Assembly (NCBI GenBank): GCA_041548245.1
Contig: JBFESZ010000013.1
Span: forward strand, 1 to 34,105
Origin: Sulfurimonadaceae bacterium
GTDB lineage: Bacteria; Campylobacterota; Campylobacteria; Campylobacterales; Sulfurimonadaceae
Length of the DNA: 34,105 nucleotides
Reading direction: 5' to 3'
Shown here piece after piece: positions 1 to 9,471 of this stretch. The position numbers and the translations under genes are program-made. Below the pieces are notes generated by a model. It worked only from the letters and a program-made list of their open reading frames with translations. It was not told where the DNA came from and made no database searches. The first letter of the stretch is position 1. Each line of letters starts with the position of its first letter.

Positions 1-2109
1 ATCATTATCTCTATCGTCGTCATTATGCTGTTTCTGCTGCACTTTAGGTCTTCTGTCCTTGTCTCTCTTACCCTTCCCTTAGGAGTCGGTATCAGCTTTA
101 TCTTCATGAAACTGCTGGGTGTGGACTCCAATGTCATGAGTTTATCCGGGCTTGTCATCGCCATTGGCTCTATGATCGATATGGGCATCATCATGACGGA
201 GAACATCTATTCGCATCTGTGCGAAAACCCCAATGCCACCAAGAAGCAGAGAATAGAGATCATCGTCAGATCAGCCCGTGAAGTAGGTCCCGCTATCTTG
301 ACAGCCGTATCGACGACTATCGTCACTTTTTTGCCGGTATTTGGTTTGGAAGGAAGCGAAGGAAAACTGTTCACTCCTCTGGCATGGGCAAAGACCTTAG
401 CCATGTTTGGCTCGGTCATTGTCGCTATTATCTTAGTACCTGCTCTTTCGGCTTATTTCTTAAAAGGAGAACTCAGACCCCTTGCAAAGAACAGTGTGAG
501 TCTTTTTATCATCAAGAGCTATAAGCCCGCGCTTGAGTGGATACTTGAGCATAGAAAACTCTTTTTGATCCTCCCTGCGGTGATCTTGATTCTAGGAGTC
601 TTGGCTTTTAACAGATTAGGCAAAGAGTTTATGCCTTCGTTGAATGAGGGAGAGATTCTCTATATGCCCGTTACAACACCCGATGTGAGTATGACTAAGG
701 CACGTGAGCTCTTAGCCTATACGGATAAAAAGCTGCAAGAGCATCCCCTTGTTGCCAATGCGATCGGAAAGCTCGGAAGAGCCAACACAGCCATCGATCC
801 GGCCCCCATCGCGATGTTTGAGACTGTCGTCAAACTCGTTCCCCAAGAAGAGTGGCCAAAGGGTATGACCATATATGACATTATGAGCGAACTTGATGGC
901 GAGCTACAAGTCCCCGGACTGGTCAATTCATGGCTGTTTCCAATCGAAAACAGGATCACGATGATATCCACAGGGATCAAGACTCAAGTCGGTATAAAAA
1001 TCTTTGGAGATGACCTTAAGACCCTTGAGAAAGTAGCTGCCCAAATAGGAAAAGAAGTTGCAAAAGTCCAAGGGGCCTACGGTGTCTATGCCGAACAGAT
1101 CACCGGTAAACCCTATATAGAGTTTGATATAGACCGTATAGCCGCAAGCCGTTATGGCATCAACACCGGTACGATCAACAAGATCCTCCAAACAGCCGTG
1201 GGCGGTATGACCATCGGTCAGTTCTATGATGGAAGACAACGTTACCCTATTCGGGTCCGCTACAAAAAAGAGCTGAGAGACCGTATCGATGAACTCAAAA
1301 AAGTACTTGTACCAAGCCCACTGGGACAACACATACCCCTTTCACAGCTTGCAGACATTAAGGTAGTAACAGGTCCCGCTGTCATACAGTCTGAAAACGG
1401 GATGCTTCGCTCACTCGTTCTATTAAACGTCAGAGACCGTGATCTGATAGGCTTTGTTGAAGAAGCGAAAAAACACATAGAACAAAATGTCGATATACCC
1501 AAAGGCCATTCAATCGTTTGGGCTGGCCAGTATGAAAGCCAGGTAAGATCGAATAACAGATTAATGATCCTCGTTCCTTTGGCACTATTTATTAATTTAA
1601 TACTTATCTATCTGGGGATTAAAAACCTACGAAATGCAGCCATTATATTCACTGCTGTTCCCATTGCATTCGCGGGAGGTCTCATTCTTTTATGGATCGG
1701 CGAATTTAATACTTCAGTCGCTGTCTGGGTGGGTTTTATAGCACTTTTCGGTATTGCCGTAGATGATGGTGTTCTAATGGTCACCTTTCTTCAACAGAGC
1801 ATAAGAAAAAATGCACCAAAAGATTGGGATAGCCTGAAGGCAAGTATCATCGAAGCCGGTTCAAGAAGAATCAGACCGCTTATCATGACAACAGTGACAA
1901 CAGTTGCCGCACTATTGCCTATCATGTGGGCGACAGGTACAGGAAGCGAAGTCATAAAGCCTATGGCTATTCCAACATTGGGAGGAATGTTGGTCGAGCT
2001 TGTTACCTTGTTCGTCGTTCCTGTTATCTTTTCATATTTTGAACATCGAAAGATAGCGCTTGAGAAAAAGGAGCCATCTCAATCCAATAATATTCACAAT
2101 AAGGGATAA
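1..2109 (+). CDS. cusA: CusA/CzcA family heavy-metal RND efflux permease, Cu(I)/Ag(I) type; 5' end lies outside the window
   Basis: The frame is open from position 1. RND motifs AIGSMIDMGIIMTENI and RIRPLIMT are present, as are the three CusA Met-triad contexts (ILYMPVTTP, APIAMFET, ITMISTG). Confidence 0.92.
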   Translation: MIISIVVIMLFLLHFRSSVLVSLTLPLGVGISFIFMKLLGVDSNVMSLSGLVIAIGSMIDMGIIMTENIYSHLCENPNATKKQRIEIIVRSAREVGPAILTAVSTTIVTFLPVFGLEGSEGKLFTPLAWAKTLAMFGSVIVAIILVPALSAYFLKGELRPLAKNSVSLFIIKSYKPALEWILEHRKLFLILPAVILILGVLAFNRLGKEFMPSLNEGEILYMPVTTPDVSMTKARELLAYTDKKLQEHPLVANAIGKLGRANTAIDPAPIAMFETVVKLVPQEEWPKGMTIYDIMSELDGELQVPGLVNSWLFPIENRITMISTGIKTQVGIKIFGDDLKTLEKVAAQIGKEVAKVQGAYGVYAEQITGKPYIEFDIDRIAASRYGINTGTINKILQTAVGGMTIGQFYDGRQRYPIRVRYKKELRDRIDELKKVLVPSPLGQHIPLSQLADIKVVTGPAVIQSENGMLRSLVLLNVRDRDLIGFVEEAKKHIEQNVDIPKGHSIVWAGQYESQVRSNNRLMILVPLALFINLILIYLGIKNLRNAAIIFTAVPIAFAGGLILLWIGEFNTSVAVWVGFIALFGIAVDDGVLMVTFLQQSIRKNAPKDWDSLKASIIEAGSRRIRPLIMTTVTTVAALLPIMWATGTGSEVIKPMAIPTLGGMLVELVTLFVVPVIFSYFEHRKIALEKKEPSQSNNIHNKG

Positions 2110-2164
2110 TGATTGATACAGATCTTAATCACAACTATGAGCTTCGTTTAAAAAGATGCACATA

Positions 2165-2524
2165 TTAATGTTTTGCTTTTAGCTCTTTGTAGGTCTTGAC
2201 ATAAAAACTCTGCTGAGTATCGCAATAAGGCGACCGTCCTGATATGTAAAGATTGATCTCGGAGCAGCCCAGTTTTTTCTCTATCTTAGGCTGTAATATC
2301 ATCGATATGTTTTGCCGATTCTTGGGAGCCGTTCCGCTCTGTCTTACACGAACAAGCGTGATTTTTTGAGGCATTTGGTTCGGATTTTTGATCATATACA
2401 TGACACTTCCGCAACCGCACTCGGAACTCTGTCTTGTATAAATAGAGGGGTAGGAACCGCCTAAACCAATGCTATCGCATCCTAGAAAAAACCAAGGTAA
2501 TAGAAAAAGATAAAATCGTTTCAT
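2165..2524 (-). CDS. Hypothetical lipoprotein, Cys-containing
   Basis: ATG at 2524 follows a GGAGG RBS. The signal peptide MKRFYLFLLPWFFLGC ends in a lipobox-like FLGC. An extended -10 (TGtTATAAT) lies at 2544-2552. Confidence 0.65.
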   Translation of the reverse strand: MKRFYLFLLPWFFLGCDSIGLGGSYPSIYTRQSSECGCGSVMYMIKNPNQMPQKITLVRVRQSGTAPKNRQNISMILQPKIEKKLGCSEINLYISGRSPYCDTQQSFYVKTYKELKAKH

Positions 2525-2616
2525 CCGGACCTCCGTTCCCACCATTATAACAAAATGGAAATACTTATGTTTTTCTCAATCCGTCTCATTTAACCATGGA
2601 TGTAAATATCATAAAC

Positions 2617-3138
2617 TCAGCTCTCAACATCCATGTGCTCCGCAAGACTCTGTTTCAATGCCACTTCTATCTTCTCATTGAAACATGAAAAGATGACATG
2701 CTTCAACGTTGTGCCCGGAAGGGACTTTAAAACCTCAGAGACGGCAATATCACAAGCCTTTTCAATCGGAAAACCATAAACACCGCAACTAATAGCAGCA
2801 AAAGCTATGGAATCAAGTTTTTTAGCATTGGCTATTTCGATAGACTCTCTGTAACAGGAGGCCAAAAGTGCTTCTTCATGTGCAGATCCCCCTTGCCAAA
2901 CTGGCCCGACAGCATGGATAACGTATTTAGCCGGAAGTTTATACCCTTTTGTCAGTTTAGCGTGACCCGTTTCACATCCATCTAGACTACGGCACTCTTC
3001 CAACAATTCACTGCCTGCTGCTTTGTGAATAGCCCCGTCAACGCCACCTCCACCAAGAAGGAAACGATTCGCCGCATTAACAATAGCATCGACATCTAAG
3101 GTTGTGATATCTGATCTGAGAATCTCTATCTTTACCAT
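2617..3138 (-). CDS. ymdB: Macrodomain protein, O-acetyl-ADP-ribose deacetylase (YmdB/MacroD type)
   Basis: Motifs [27 protein letters not shown] and [10 protein letters not shown]. The start is ATG 3138 or TTG 3153. Confidence 0.9.
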   Translation of the reverse strand: MVKIEILRSDITTLDVDAIVNAANRFLLGGGGVDGAIHKAAGSELLEECRSLDGCETGHAKLTKGYKLPAKYVIHAVGPVWQGGSAHEEALLASCYRESIEIANAKKLDSIAFAAISCGVYGFPIEKACDIAVSEVLKSLPGTTLKHVIFSCFNEKIEVALKQSLAEHMDVES

Positions 3139-3164
3139 TTTCGGTCTTTCCAACCTCTTCGTTT

Positions 3165-3494
3165 TTATTTGCCAATAGCGCTATTTTTGACAGTAGAACC
3201 CATAAAAGCATCATCTCTAAAACAGTCCTGTACTGTACCTTTTATCCACTCTTCTTCTATGGCAATCTTGCACATCTTCCTCTTGTACTTTATCTTGGCT
3301 GCACACTCGTCTTTATAATCATTTTTTACATCATTGTTCATACAAGCCTCTATCTCAACCATATCATCTGTATCCAACTGATACATGCAGTAGTCGCGCA
3401 GCCAGTCAACCTTAAGTCCCTTAACCTGACATTCCGCAGAGAATACCGGTATAAATAACACAGCACTTAACAAACCAATACGAAGCCATTGCAT
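3165..3494 (-). CDS. Hypothetical secreted protein with 6 Cys
   Basis: N-terminal signal peptide ending VFSA; 6 Cys in the mature part; tight spacing to both neighbours. Confidence 0.7.
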   Translation of the reverse strand: MQWLRIGLLSAVLFIPVFSAECQVKGLKVDWLRDYCMYQLDTDDMVEIEACMNNDVKNDYKDECAAKIKYKRKMCKIAIEEEWIKGTVQDCFRDDAFMGSTVKNSAIGK

Positions 3495-3495
3495 T

Positions 3496-3639
3496 TTAGT
3501 ACCCCCTCATTTCGCCCTCGATGTAGTTCAGGGCCTCTCTTAATGCCTGCAGTGCAGAGATATCTCTTTCATGCAATTTCTCCAAGGAGAGTTTGGCCAG
3601 TTTTTCCAAGTACATCTGTAGTAGTTGTTCTTCATTCAT
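3496..3639 (-). CDS. Small 47-aa protein missing from the ORF track (MNEEQLLQMYLEKLAKLSLEKLHERDISALQALREALNYIEGEMRGY)
   Basis: Translated by hand. A GAGG RBS lies 7 nt before the ATG and an extended -10 (TGcTATAAT) at 3669-3677. The stop is 1 nt from the next ATG. Confidence 0.7.
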   Translation of the reverse strand: MNEEQLLQMYLEKLAKLSLEKLHERDISALQALREALNYIEGEMRGY

Positions 3640-3699
3640 CTGCTAACCTCAATGAAATGTATCTTTAGATTATAGCAGATAAAGAAGTCTTAGGAGAAT

Positions 3700-3713
3700 C
3701 CTCCCGAAGGAGG
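3700..3713 (-). terminator. GC hairpin with a cUUCGg tetraloop downstream of pstS
   Basis: The minus strand reads CCTCC-TTCG-GGAGG. A second AT-rich hairpin (GAAATAAAG-CT-CTTTATTTC) lies at 3763-3782. Confidence 0.55.
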
Positions 3714-3792
3714 CGAAGAATGAATCCACTTGATGTTTTACGCCCTAAGCAGTTCAGGCAAAGAAATAAAGAGCTTTATTTCGTAATTGTTC

Positions 3793-4794
3793 TTAGTTGA
3801 TACCGTGATCAGCCCAGTAAGCGCGGATCATGTTCTTAGTCTCTTCCGGAAGAGGAATATAACCAAGTTTTTTAGCTGCTGCATCTCCATTTTTGAATGC
3901 ATAGTTATAGAACTCGACGACAGCTTTGTTGCTCTCAGCTTTCTCTTTTGGAAGAAGAATGAACGTTGCTGCAACGATTGGGTAAGAAGTGTCACCCGGC
4001 TGAAGTGCTAAAAGAGCATAGAAGTTGTCTTCTTTAGTCCATGATGCATACTTGGCTGCTGCTTTAAAGTTGTCTTCACGAGCGCTTACCCATTTACCGT
4101 TTGCTGTTTGAAGTGTTGCTGCTGCAAGGTTGTTCTTCTCTTTATATGCATTTTCGATATAACCGATTGAGAATGGAGTCTGTGCTACTAAAGATGCAAC
4201 ACCTTCATTACCTTTTCCACCGATACCAGTTGCCCAGTCGATTGCTTTACCCGCACCATAGTTGTTTTTCCAGTTCTCGTTTGACTCAGAAAGGTAGTAA
4301 GTAAAGTTGTAAGTCGTACCTGATCCGTCTGAACGGTGACACACGATGATCTTCTCATCTGGAAGCTTTACACCCGCATTGTCTGCAGTGATCGCAGCAT
4401 CGTTCCATTTAGTGATCTTACCGGCAAAGATATCTGCTACTACAGAGTTCTTAAGTTTAAGCTGCTCATCTTTAATACCAGGTACATTCAAAGCAACAAC
4501 GATTGCACCAATTACTGCAGGGAACTGAAGCAGCTTTTGTTTAGCAAGCTCTTTTGTTTTTAGTGGCTTGTCAGAAGCACCGAAATCAACAACACGCTTA
4601 GAGATCTGTTTGATTCCTCCACCTGAACCGATTGACTGGTAGTTTACACGAGTCTTGGTATCTTTTTGATATGAGTACGCCCAATCATAATATAAAGGTG
4701 CTGGGAAAGATGCCCCAGCGCCACTGATTTTTCCTGCAACTAAACTTGAAGTTGCCACTGCTGCGATTAATAAACCGTGTACGATTTTAGTCAT
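3793..4794 (-). CDS. pstS: Phosphate ABC transporter substrate-binding protein PstS
   Basis: Motifs GAGASFPAPLY, YQSIGSGGG, DFGASD and RSDGSGTT; signal peptide. Confidence 0.97.
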   Translation of the reverse strand: MTKIVHGLLIAAVATSSLVAGKISGAGASFPAPLYYDWAYSYQKDTKTRVNYQSIGSGGGIKQISKRVVDFGASDKPLKTKELAKQKLLQFPAVIGAIVVALNVPGIKDEQLKLKNSVVADIFAGKITKWNDAAITADNAGVKLPDEKIIVCHRSDGSGTTYNFTYYLSESNENWKNNYGAGKAIDWATGIGGKGNEGVASLVAQTPFSIGYIENAYKEKNNLAAATLQTANGKWVSAREDNFKAAAKYASWTKEDNFYALLALQPGDTSYPIVAATFILLPKEKAESNKAVVEFYNYAFKNGDAAAKKLGYIPLPEETKNMIRAYWADHGIN

Positions 4795-4843
4795 AATCTG
4801 AGTCCTTGTAAATTTTTTACTGCTGCAATTGTACGTGAATAAG

Positions 4844-4860
4844 ATAACAATATGATTACA
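4844..4860 (-). promoter_or_regulatory. Pho box of the pstS promoter
   Basis: TGTAAT-catat-TGTTAT (11-bp direct repeat), exactly 10 nt upstream of a TACAAT -10 element (4833-4828). Confidence 0.75.
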
Positions 4861-4874
4861 AAACCATACTATTC

Positions 4875-4891
4875 TGTAATCTTTTTGTTAC
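4875..4891 (+). promoter_or_regulatory. Pho box of the phoU-phoB-phoR promoter
   Basis: TGTAAT-ctttt-TGTTAC, exactly 10 nt upstream of TATTAT (4902-4907). Confidence 0.72.
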
Positions 4892-4973
4892 AATCACATT
4901 ATATTATTCCAGAATTAATGAAACTTAATATATAGTTTTTCTAGTAACTCTATACCTAATATAAAGGAAAGCA

Positions 4974-5642
4974 ATGCTTCCACGTTACGAAAGCAAGATC
5001 AATGAAATTCAAGGGATGCTGGCCCAGCTCATCTCCGAAGTCGTTGAAGCGCATACGCAAGCTCTCAATGCCTACAAAAACCAAAATACTGACGATTTTG
5101 ACCAAGTCAAGACAACCCTTAAAAGTATCCAGAAAGAGGCTAATGCCATTGACAATGAGATCGTCAAAACATTTGCTCTATTTGGTCCTGAAGCTCAAGA
5201 ACTACGCCTTTTGATCGCTTATTTAAAGATGACAAATGAGTTGGTGCGTATTGGTGAGGGTGCAAAAAAATATGCCAAAAGAATGAAAGAACACTGTCAG
5301 GGAGAGTGCAACCTTACAAGCTTGAATGATGTTATCATCAAACTTCACAGTTCATCAATCACTGCGCTTAAATTCATTGCCGACTGTTTCAATGAACATG
5401 ATGCATGTGATTATGAAGAGCTTTACCGTTCTGTCATGGTTGAAGAGAGCAAATGTGACGACCTACACTCTATACTGGAAAAAGACATCCTTTCTCGTAT
5501 TATTATAGAAGGAGAACTCTCTATAGAATACGTAAAAGTACTGGGTACACTGCGTAAACTGGAACGAGCCTCTGATCATGCAATCAATATTGCTAAACTG
5601 ATGCTTTACTCCAAAGAGGGTGGAGAAATCCAAAGCTACTAA
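4974..5642 (+). CDS. phoU: Phosphate signalling/uptake regulator PhoU
   Basis: Two PhoU repeats (ELVRIGE, LERASDHAINIA) and pst context. Confidence 0.9.
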   Translation: MLPRYESKINEIQGMLAQLISEVVEAHTQALNAYKNQNTDDFDQVKTTLKSIQKEANAIDNEIVKTFALFGPEAQELRLLIAYLKMTNELVRIGEGAKKYAKRMKEHCQGECNLTSLNDVIIKLHSSSITALKFIADCFNEHDACDYEELYRSVMVEESKCDDLHSILEKDILSRIIIEGELSIEYVKVLGTLRKLERASDHAINIAKLMLYSKEGGEIQSY

Positions 5643-5662
5643 CACTTTCTCAAAGGAAGAAG

Positions 5663-6340
5663 ATGTCTAAAGCAAGTATAGTTATCGTCGAAGATGAAGA
5701 AGATATTCTAGAACTGCTAGAATACAACCTTCAAAAAGAGGGATATGAAACCATCGGATTTCTTAATACCAAAGGCGTCTCTCAACTGCTTGAAGAGGAG
5801 CAGATAGATCTGCTTCTTATGGATAGGAACCTTCCTGGTGTAGAGGGAAGTGAGTTTGTAGCTGGTCTTCGAAAGCAAGGCGTACAAACTCCCGTTATCT
5901 ACCTTTCTGCAAAAAACAAAGAGAGTGACATTGAAGAGGGATTTGACAGAGGTGCCGATGATTATATCACTAAACCTTTTAGCCCTAAAGAGGTCGCTAT
6001 GCGTATCAAAGCTGTCCTCAAACGTACCAAACCCGATTTCAATAAAGAACTGATCTCCTATCGCGATATTCTGATGAACCCTCAAAGTAGGGAAGTAACT
6101 GTCGGTGGCAAGCACATCGAACTCTCCAAGCTTGAGTTTGACCTACTTTCGACCCTTATCAAAAATCAGAATATTGTACTCGATCGGGAGTATCTGTTAG
6201 AAAATGTCTGGGGCGGAGATGAGATATACCAGGATAAAACCGTCAATGTCGCCATCAATCGACTTAAGGAAAAAATCGACCCCAATAAAGACAAAGAGTA
6301 TATCAAGACCGTCCGTGGTGTAGGTTACAGCCTGTGTTAA
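5663..6340 (+). CDS. phoB: OmpR/PhoB-family response regulator (PhoB/PhosR-like)
   Basis: Receiver motifs (VEDE, LLMD, GADDYITKPF) and a winged-helix C-terminus (IKTVRGVGY); lies within the pho cluster. Confidence 0.88.
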   Translation: MSKASIVIVEDEEDILELLEYNLQKEGYETIGFLNTKGVSQLLEEEQIDLLLMDRNLPGVEGSEFVAGLRKQGVQTPVIYLSAKNKESDIEEGFDRGADDYITKPFSPKEVAMRIKAVLKRTKPDFNKELISYRDILMNPQSREVTVGGKHIELSKLEFDLLSTLIKNQNIVLDREYLLENVWGGDEIYQDKTVNVAINRLKEKIDPNKDKEYIKTVRGVGYSLC

Positions 6341-7725
6341 AACTGCATCAGTCATTTTTTTTCAACTTCTTAGCCATCTTTATCGGTGCGCTTCTCATCT
6401 CATCTTTTTTTATCTATTTCAATATCAAAAAAACAGCTATACATGAGCATACCCTTCATCTGAAGGATCAGATTACTCTACTCGAGATGCAAATTCCTCA
6501 TATAACGAATCTGGATAAATTTGCTAAAGAGATTCACAATAAGACCGGCTCACGCGTGACCATCATCAATGATAAGGGTCTTGTTTTGGCAGAATCCAAT
6601 AAAGACAAGACCACTATGGACAATCATCGAGGTCGTGCTGAAGTTATGGATGCGGCTGTCAATGAGTTTGGCGTCATAACACGTTACTCGAATACACTTA
6701 ATGTCGATTTTGTCTATGTAGCAAAAAGAATAATATATCAAAACGAACCCGTTTTTTTACGTCTTTCCGTCAGCCTGAACATGCTTTTAGAGGATTTTTA
6801 TTCACTATGGTACCGATTAACGTTTGTCTTTGTCATTTCTATTATTATCGGTCTTTATTTAGCTTACAAAATCAGTAAAAAAATTCGCTATGATCTTCAA
6901 GAGATCACCCATTACCTTCGTGAGGTATCTGATAAAAACTACCGGGCTGTTATCAAACCGGAACACTTTTCAGAGTTCTTATATATTGCTGTAATTCTTA
7001 AAAACCTGGCAAAAAAGCTGAATAACCGTGACAAACAAAAACGTAAATATACTGCTAGACTCAGACTAATCAATAAACAGAGAAATGACATTCTCTCGGC
7101 TATCGGTCATGAATTCAAAAATCCTGTCGCTTCAATTCAAGGTTATGCTGAAACGCTTATTGACGACCCTGATACTGATCTAAAGATTAGAAAACGTTTC
7201 TTAGAAAAAATCCTTCAAAACAGTAAAAAAATAACCTCTATGCTTGAGCGCATCTCCTTATCAGTAAAACTTGAGAACGAAGACTTAAAACCCTCACTCA
7301 AAGAGTTTGACTTGATGGAATTAACACAAGAGATCATTATGAATCTAAGCAAAAAATACAAAGACCGCCAAATCAACTTCTCTGGAGAAAACTATTTGAT
7401 CAATGCCGACAAGACAATGATCGAGACAGTCATTATCAATCTTATTGATAATGCAATGAAATACTCTCAAGATGATGTGACGGTTTCCATTACAGATGAC
7501 AAGCTTATGGTCCATGACAAGGGAATGGGAATCGCTGAAAAAGAGATTGACAAAATCACGTCAAAATTTTATCGTGTGCAAAAGAACACCTGGGACAACT
7601 CTATGGGGCTTGGTCTGGCTATTGTCTCTTATGTTCTTAAACTTCATGGTTTGGAACTTATTATTGATAGTAAAGAAAACGAAGGTTCTACCTTCGGTTT
7701 CAATCTAAAACCTATACAAAAGTAA
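6334..7725 (+). CDS. phoR: Sensor histidine kinase (PhoR/PhosS-like)
   Basis: Two TM segments, H-box HEFKNP, N-box NLIDNAMKY and G-box GLGLAIV; overlaps the response regulator. Confidence 0.88.
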   Translation: MLKLHQSFFFNFLAIFIGALLISSFFIYFNIKKTAIHEHTLHLKDQITLLEMQIPHITNLDKFAKEIHNKTGSRVTIINDKGLVLAESNKDKTTMDNHRGRAEVMDAAVNEFGVITRYSNTLNVDFVYVAKRIIYQNEPVFLRLSVSLNMLLEDFYSLWYRLTFVFVISIIIGLYLAYKISKKIRYDLQEITHYLREVSDKNYRAVIKPEHFSEFLYIAVILKNLAKKLNNRDKQKRKYTARLRLINKQRNDILSAIGHEFKNPVASIQGYAETLIDDPDTDLKIRKRFLEKILQNSKKITSMLERISLSVKLENEDLKPSLKEFDLMELTQEIIMNLSKKYKDRQINFSGENYLINADKTMIETVIINLIDNAMKYSQDDVTVSITDDKLMVHDKGMGIAEKEIDKITSKFYRVQKNTWDNSMGLGLAIVSYVLKLHGLELIIDSKENEGSTFGFNLKPIQK

Positions 7726-7760
7726 CCGCTGTCCTTTCTATATTGAAAACAGAAAACCCC

Positions 7761-8447
7761 TCAATCTATAAAGGTAACTATCTCATCCAAAGAAGCACGT
7801 TCAGGTTGATAGCTATTCTGAACCGCGGTAGTATCCTCATAACCCAGAACAACACTGTATAAAAGTGCCAAGTTATCAGGCAAGTTCAGTCTCTTGGCTA
7901 TAATACGGCCATACTCTGTTGTCGATCCCTGTGGGCAAGAGCTAATGCCATAGGCTTGGGCTGCCAACATGATTGTTTGCATATAGGCACCGCAATCAAT
8001 TAGGGCGCCCTGGGCACCATCAATAAGCGATTTATCTGTGCATATAAAGAAAACAGTCTGTGCACCAAACCAGCGATAATTATCATACCACAACTCTTTA
8101 CGGCGCTCGTCATCTTTGCGGTCAACTTCTAAATGCTTATACAGACCTGCCCCTGTAGCAATACGACGGCGCTTATAGGGGTTAATCCATTCAAGAGGAT
8201 AATATTGGATAAATTGGTCTACATCACCGCCAGCATTGATATGCGAGATAATATCTTCACCGATCTTATCCAACATATCTTTGTTTGAAACAGCATAGAC
8301 TATCCATGGCTGCATATTTGCTCCCGACGGCGTCATAGCTGCTGCTGCCAATATCTTCTCTTGTATCTCTTTGGGAACCGGTTTATTTAAAAATTTACGT
8401 TTTGACGAACGATTGGTAATAGCATCGATAACAGTCATATTTTCCAC
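7761..8447 (-). CDS. Nitroreductase family protein
   Basis: Motifs RSSKRKF, TPSGANMQPW and DCGAYMQTIMLAA..YG. Likely start is GTG 8447 (AGGAG RBS) or ATG 8438. Confidence 0.88.
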   Translation of the reverse strand: MENMTVIDAITNRSSKRKFLNKPVPKEIQEKILAAAAMTPSGANMQPWIVYAVSNKDMLDKIGEDIISHINAGGDVDQFIQYYPLEWINPYKRRRIATGAGLYKHLEVDRKDDERRKELWYDNYRWFGAQTVFFICTDKSLIDGAQGALIDCGAYMQTIMLAAQAYGISSCPQGSTTEYGRIIAKRLNLPDNLALLYSVVLGYEDTTAVQNSYQPERASLDEIVTFID

Positions 8448-8542
8448 CTGAGCACTCCTTATGAAAGGCGTAATTATAGCCATTTTTCTATCTGACCTCA
8501 TTTAAGGCGATTTAAAGAGACAAAGTCCATAAATTACTCAAA

Positions 8543-8559
8543 AGTAATCTTACTGTAAT
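8543..8559 (+). promoter_or_regulatory. Pho box of the pstCAB promoter
   Basis: AGTAAT-cttac-TGTAAT, exactly 10 nt upstream of TAAAAT (8570-8575). Confidence 0.72.
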
Positions 8560-8616
8560 TAAAATAGTGTAAAATTTCAAAATCAAATGTTATCTCTTGA
8601 GATATAAAGAAGAAGA

Positions 8617-9471
8617 ATGAATAAGATACTAGACAGGTTTTTTCACCTATCAACACTCTCTATTGCATTGCTTACCCTCCTTATTACAGGTGCCATCTTC
8701 GGTGTCTTATATCAGGAGGCAAAACCTGCATTAGACGCCTTTGGTCTTGACTTTCTGTTCAATAGTAAATGGGCTCCCAATCTTGAAAAGTTCGGTGCTT
8801 TTCCCGCGATTATGGGTTCAATCATGTCGACTGCTCTAGCTATGCTGCTTGCTGTGCCGTTAGCTATCGGGGTTGCGATTTTTCTATCCGAAATTGCTCA
8901 CCAAAAACTAAAATCGCCAGTGGGCGTTTCTATTGAGCTCCTAGCAGCAATCCCTTCTGTTATCTACGGTATGTGGGGTCTGTTTTACTTCGTACCTATC
9001 ATTCGTGATCTTTTTGGCGGTCTGGGTATCGGTCTTTTGACAGCAGGTATTGTACTTGCTGTTATGGTCCTTCCTTTCATGGCAGCGGTAACGCGTGATG
9101 CGATGAACACGACTCCCGATATCTTAAAAGAGTCAGCCTATGCTCTTGGCGGAACAAAATGGGATGTCATCAAAGATATCGTCATCCCTTATGCAAAGGC
9201 CGGTATTATCGGTGCTGCTATCTTAGCTCTTGGTCGTGCCATCGGTGAGACAATGGCTGTGACATTCGTCATGGGTAACGTGCATAAAATCCCTTCCCTT
9301 ATCACTGACCCTGCAACTTCAATTCCAGTTGCATTGGCAAATGAGTTTGCCGAAGCAGACGAGGGTCTTTATTTCTCAAGTCTATTCTACTTGGCAATGG
9401 TGCTTTTCGTGATCAGTTTCTCTATCATCTCTTTAGCTAAATTCGCTTTCTTGAAAAGGGGTAGAAAATGA
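8617..9471 (+). CDS. pstC: Phosphate ABC transporter permease PstC
   Basis: Motifs ELLAAIPSVIYGMWG and GRAIGETMAV. Confidence 0.96.
   Translation: MNKILDRFFHLSTLSIALLTLLITGAIFGVLYQEAKPALDAFGLDFLFNSKWAPNLEKFGAFPAIMGSIMSTALAMLLAVPLAIGVAIFLSEIAHQKLKSPVGVSIELLAAIPSVIYGMWGLFYFVPIIRDLFGGLGIGLLTAGIVLAVMVLPFMAAVTRDAMNTTPDILKESAYALGGTKWDVIKDIVIPYAKAGIIGAAILALGRAIGETMAVTFVMGNVHKIPSLITDPATSIPVALANEFAEADEGLYFSSLFYLAMVLFVISFSIISLAKFAFLKRGRK

Noticed and set aside
2617-3153. Macrodomain as a DarG antitoxin or Thoeris component
   Set aside because: It is a stand-alone YmdB/MacroD-type domain, with no DarT, TIR or SIR2 gene nearby.
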